Virus record (IMG/VR): IMGVR_UViG_3300014208_000026
Span: 96,001 to 160,000 of that record
Source: a virus
Lineage: Duplodnaviria > Caudoviricetes
Direction: 5' to 3' (one strand)
DNA length: 64,000 nt
The notes below the pieces were generated by a model. It was not told the origin of the DNA and searched no databases. It saw only the letters and a list, made by a program, of their open reading frames with translations. Shown here in pieces: positions 61,965 through 64,000 of the stretch. The position numbers were made by a program, and so were the translations under genes. The stretch's first letter is position 1. Every line of letters begins with the position of its first letter.

Positions 61965-62002
61965 TATATACGCCATCCCGCTGGAAAAGGAAACTGAAAT
62001 CG
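61965..62002 (-). promoter_or_regulatory. Putative early promoter GATTTCAG-TTTCCT-N17-TATATA
   Basis: One of six conserved copies. Confidence 0.75.
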
Positions 62003-62017
62003 TCCGGCTCTGGAGAC

Positions 62018-62027
62018 GGTATAGTAG
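62018..62027 (+). promoter_or_regulatory. GGTATAGTAG promoter-like motif
   Basis: Exact motif directly upstream of the GIY-YIG gene. Confidence 0.5.
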
Positions 62028-62031
62028 AGGC

Positions 62032-62604
62032 ATGGCAAAGTGGTTTGTCTACGTAATTCAAAGCAGGGCGCCTCGGTACTCGAAATCGGGGAAGCCTCTG
62101 CCTGGATTCTTTTACGTCGGGTGTACAACGGATCCTGTCAGGAGACTCCGCGAACACAATGGTGAGCTAGCCAACGGAGGGAAATACACCTCTAAACATA
62201 GACCTTGGGTCCCGCGTGCTTTGTTCAAGTTTTACGCTGACCGTCGAGAAGCCATGAAAGCAGAGTACGCCCTGAAGCACGGCAAGCGAGGGATTGCCCG
62301 TACTCAATGGACGCCCGAGGATTCTGTTTGGTGCAGGGGGTTGGGGCCGGATGACCCTTGGGTCTTGTGCGGAGGGGCTAGGCTAGCCTCGGAAATTGAA
62401 CAGGTTCCTGACGAGTTCGGAATCGCTGTAGACGAGGCCATAGATTCCGAAACCCAGGGCTGCGAGGCTCACCAGCATGACGAGGAAGTCAGGGCCGATG
62501 GTCTCTTGCCGTCGGATGATCTCAAGGGCAGTCTTGATGCATCCGAACAGCCCGAAGCCGAAAAGCACAGTCCAGCAAAAGACAACGAAGGCGGGGTCGG
62601 TTGA
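62032..62604 (+). CDS. GIY-YIG nuclease, SLX1/UPF0213-like
   Basis: WFVYVIQS...[18 protein letters not shown]...GGKYT...RPW...AMKAEYALK. Confidence 0.88.
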   Translation: MAKWFVYVIQSRAPRYSKSGKPLPGFFYVGCTTDPVRRLREHNGELANGGKYTSKHRPWVPRALFKFYADRREAMKAEYALKHGKRGIARTQWTPEDSVWCRGLGPDDPWVLCGGARLASEIEQVPDEFGIAVDEAIDSETQGCEAHQHDEEVRADGLLPSDDLKGSLDASEQPEAEKHSPAKDNEGGVG

Positions 62605-62628
62605 GGTCGTGATCTCGTTCAGTCCCAT
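62383..62628 (-). CDS. Small two-TM membrane protein (81 aa)
   Basis: GGGAG RBS; own early promoter; two hydrophobic helices. Confidence 0.65.
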   Translation of the reverse strand: MGLNEITTSTDPAFVVFCWTVLFGFGLFGCIKTALEIIRRQETIGPDFLVMLVSLAALGFGIYGLVYSDSELVRNLFNFRG

Positions 62629-62665
62629 TTTCATCTCCCTTGGGTTAGGTTCCATCTACACCTAA

Positions 62666-62703
62666 GGTATACACCGTCGAAGGTGAAAATGAAACTGGAA
62701 TCG
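62666..62703 (-). promoter_or_regulatory. Putative early promoter GATTCCAG-TTTCAT-N17-TATACC
   Basis: One of six conserved copies. Confidence 0.75.
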
Positions 62704-62725
62704 TCAGTTAGAGATCGGGCAGGAA

Positions 62726-63718
62726 TCAAGACACGTAGCTGCTGAGCTTTGACACGGCCCGATTCGTGATCAGGGTGTTCGGGCCCATGATCGCCGAGTT
62801 GAAACGGTTTTCGTTCCGCTTCTCAGGAGAGCCGTTAGCTCCGGCCAAGTGGGTGACCCACTGCGTGACGGCGTTCATGGCGGCCCAACCGGTGCCCGCG
62901 ACTCCCGGGATATCCTGACCGATACCGTTTTCGAACAGGAGCCGAAGTTCGGTTCGACGGAGGGACGCCTGGAGGTTACTGGCTCCGAGCTTGACGGGAT
63001 CGGGGAGGACGTGCAGAGCAAACTCGTCCCACTTCTTCTCGTCGATCTGGACCTTGGCGAACGCCGTCATCAGTTCGCCGTAGGCCGCGTATTCCTTTTC
63101 GGCGATCCCGAGAATCTCACGGGCTTTTTCCAGTTTTCCCATGATGTTCACCGAGTGCTGAAGGCTCACGGTCCGCCCAGGTTCACGGCTGTTCATGGCC
63201 AGCGTCATAGTATTCGCGCACACTACGCGAATCGGCGTCATGAATACCTTGAGGGATCCCGTGCCGTCGTGGGTGTTGCAGAGCAGGACGAAACGTCCGA
63301 CTGCATCCCCCTTGACCGGCTCGATGACTCCAGGCAGTTGGGCCAGCAGCCAGACCTTACGCCCCTCGAAGAGGGATCCGGCGGTATGATACCTCATCTG
63401 GCCGATGGTCACCAAGCTGTCCATCAGGGAGAGAGCGGTCTCGTTCTGGATTTCGCGATAGCGGTTTCCGACGATCCCGAGGATCTTGCTGTCGGAGGCA
63501 CGACGAATGGCAAAGTTGCCATTCACCATGTCATGCGTGAGGGAGGTGTTGTCCTGGGTTCGCGTCTCGACGAAGAGCGGCACCCGTTCCACCTTCCAGT
63601 CCAGTCCCGCGAGTTGCAGAACGTCGTTGGAAAGGATCGGCTCCTCCCCCACGTACGTCCCCTTGCCATGCCATGGAGTTGCGCCTGCGAATAGCAACGA
63701 CTCTACTTGGTCCGACAT
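62726..63718 (-). CDS. DUF932/DUF945-family phage/plasmid protein
   Basis: TPWHG.G...AGLDW.V...LGIVGNRY..IQN...TAGSL..GRKVW...NTHDG..S...TPIRVVCANT...W...NAVT. Confidence 0.9.
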   Translation of the reverse strand: MSDQVESLLFAGATPWHGKGTYVGEEPILSNDVLQLAGLDWKVERVPLFVETRTQDNTSLTHDMVNGNFAIRRASDSKILGIVGNRYREIQNETALSLMDSLVTIGQMRYHTAGSLFEGRKVWLLAQLPGVIEPVKGDAVGRFVLLCNTHDGTGSLKVFMTPIRVVCANTMTLAMNSREPGRTVSLQHSVNIMGKLEKAREILGIAEKEYAAYGELMTAFAKVQIDEKKWDEFALHVLPDPVKLGASNLQASLRRTELRLLFENGIGQDIPGVAGTGWAAMNAVTQWVTHLAGANGSPEKRNENRFNSAIMGPNTLITNRAVSKLSSYVS

Positions 63719-63764
63719 TTTCGTATCTCCCCTCGTCAGTCCAGTTTTCAACCCTCACGTTTTC

Positions 63765-63802
63765 TGTATACGCCAAGTCGGTGGAAAATGGAACTGAAAT
63801 CG
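63765..63802 (-). promoter_or_regulatory. Putative early promoter GATTTCAG-TTCCAT-N17-TATACA
   Basis: One of six conserved copies. Confidence 0.75.
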
Positions 63803-64000
63803 TCAGGAAGAAATCGGGCGGTAGATAGCTGCAGAGAAAGGTGCGGGCTTTCCGTTGTTATCTGTGGCGTCACGGCGGGAGATATAATCGGGGTGACGGG
63901 CCAAGAAACAGACCATGCAGTTACACCAGCCGTCCAGGGACGTCCAGCCATGCTCTGCCGTTACGTTTGTCACCCACTCGTAGCCGTCAGGTGCCTGCCT
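63803..64000 (-). CDS. 3' part of a hypothetical gene running off the window edge
   Basis: Open frame RQAPDGYEWVTNV...IYRPISS ending at TGA 63803. Confidence 0.5.
   Translation of the reverse strand, partial: RQAPDGYEWVTNVTAEHGWTSLDGWCNCMVCFLARHPDYISRRDATDNNGKPAPFSAAIYRPISS

Noticed and set aside
1-64000. Stop-codon reassignment
   Set aside because: Long genes are intact in code 11; TAG, TGA and TAA all end genes followed by RBS/start of the next gene.
1-64000. tRNA, rRNA or tmRNA genes
   Set aside because: No cloverleaf or T-loop (GTTCGA) pattern recognised in intergenic regions by eye; tRNAscan/Infernal were not run.

Overview
A 64-kb segment of a large contractile-tailed (myovirus-like, probably jumbo) dsDNA bacteriophage, read in the standard bacterial code. 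No tRNA, rRNA, CRISPR array or reverse transcriptase was seen. Left part (+): a head module with a 5'-truncated >1930-aa multidomain protein, a prohead protease carrying two inteins, an acidic scaffold, a decoration protein, an HK97-fold major capsid protein (MCP) and its terminator. Then a double-LAGLIDADG/methyltransferase fusion, probable virion/internal proteins, and a neck-like gene fractured by an atypical split intein with a Vsr-like endonuclease gene between the halves. Middle: a 37-bp repeat array; a + strand cluster of small genes that look like fragments of the phage's own MCP; a - strand accessory block (M16 peptidase, CinA/PncC, HD hydrolase, nuclease). Right: head-completion/tail-terminator-like genes, a 1822-aa tail sheath, a free-standing endonuclease, a repeat polyprotein, and early genes (adenine MTase, RNA ligase, GIY-YIG, DUF932). 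Three recurring promoter-like motifs partition the genes. Strongest leads: the MCP-fragment cluster, the Ser1/Ser+1 split intein, and short shared peptide tags (an N-terminal leader, an RVAxR[FWY] helix, K-T-A junctions) that suggest a capsid-targeting and processing code. All family names come from motif recognition and hand alignment; no database searches were run.
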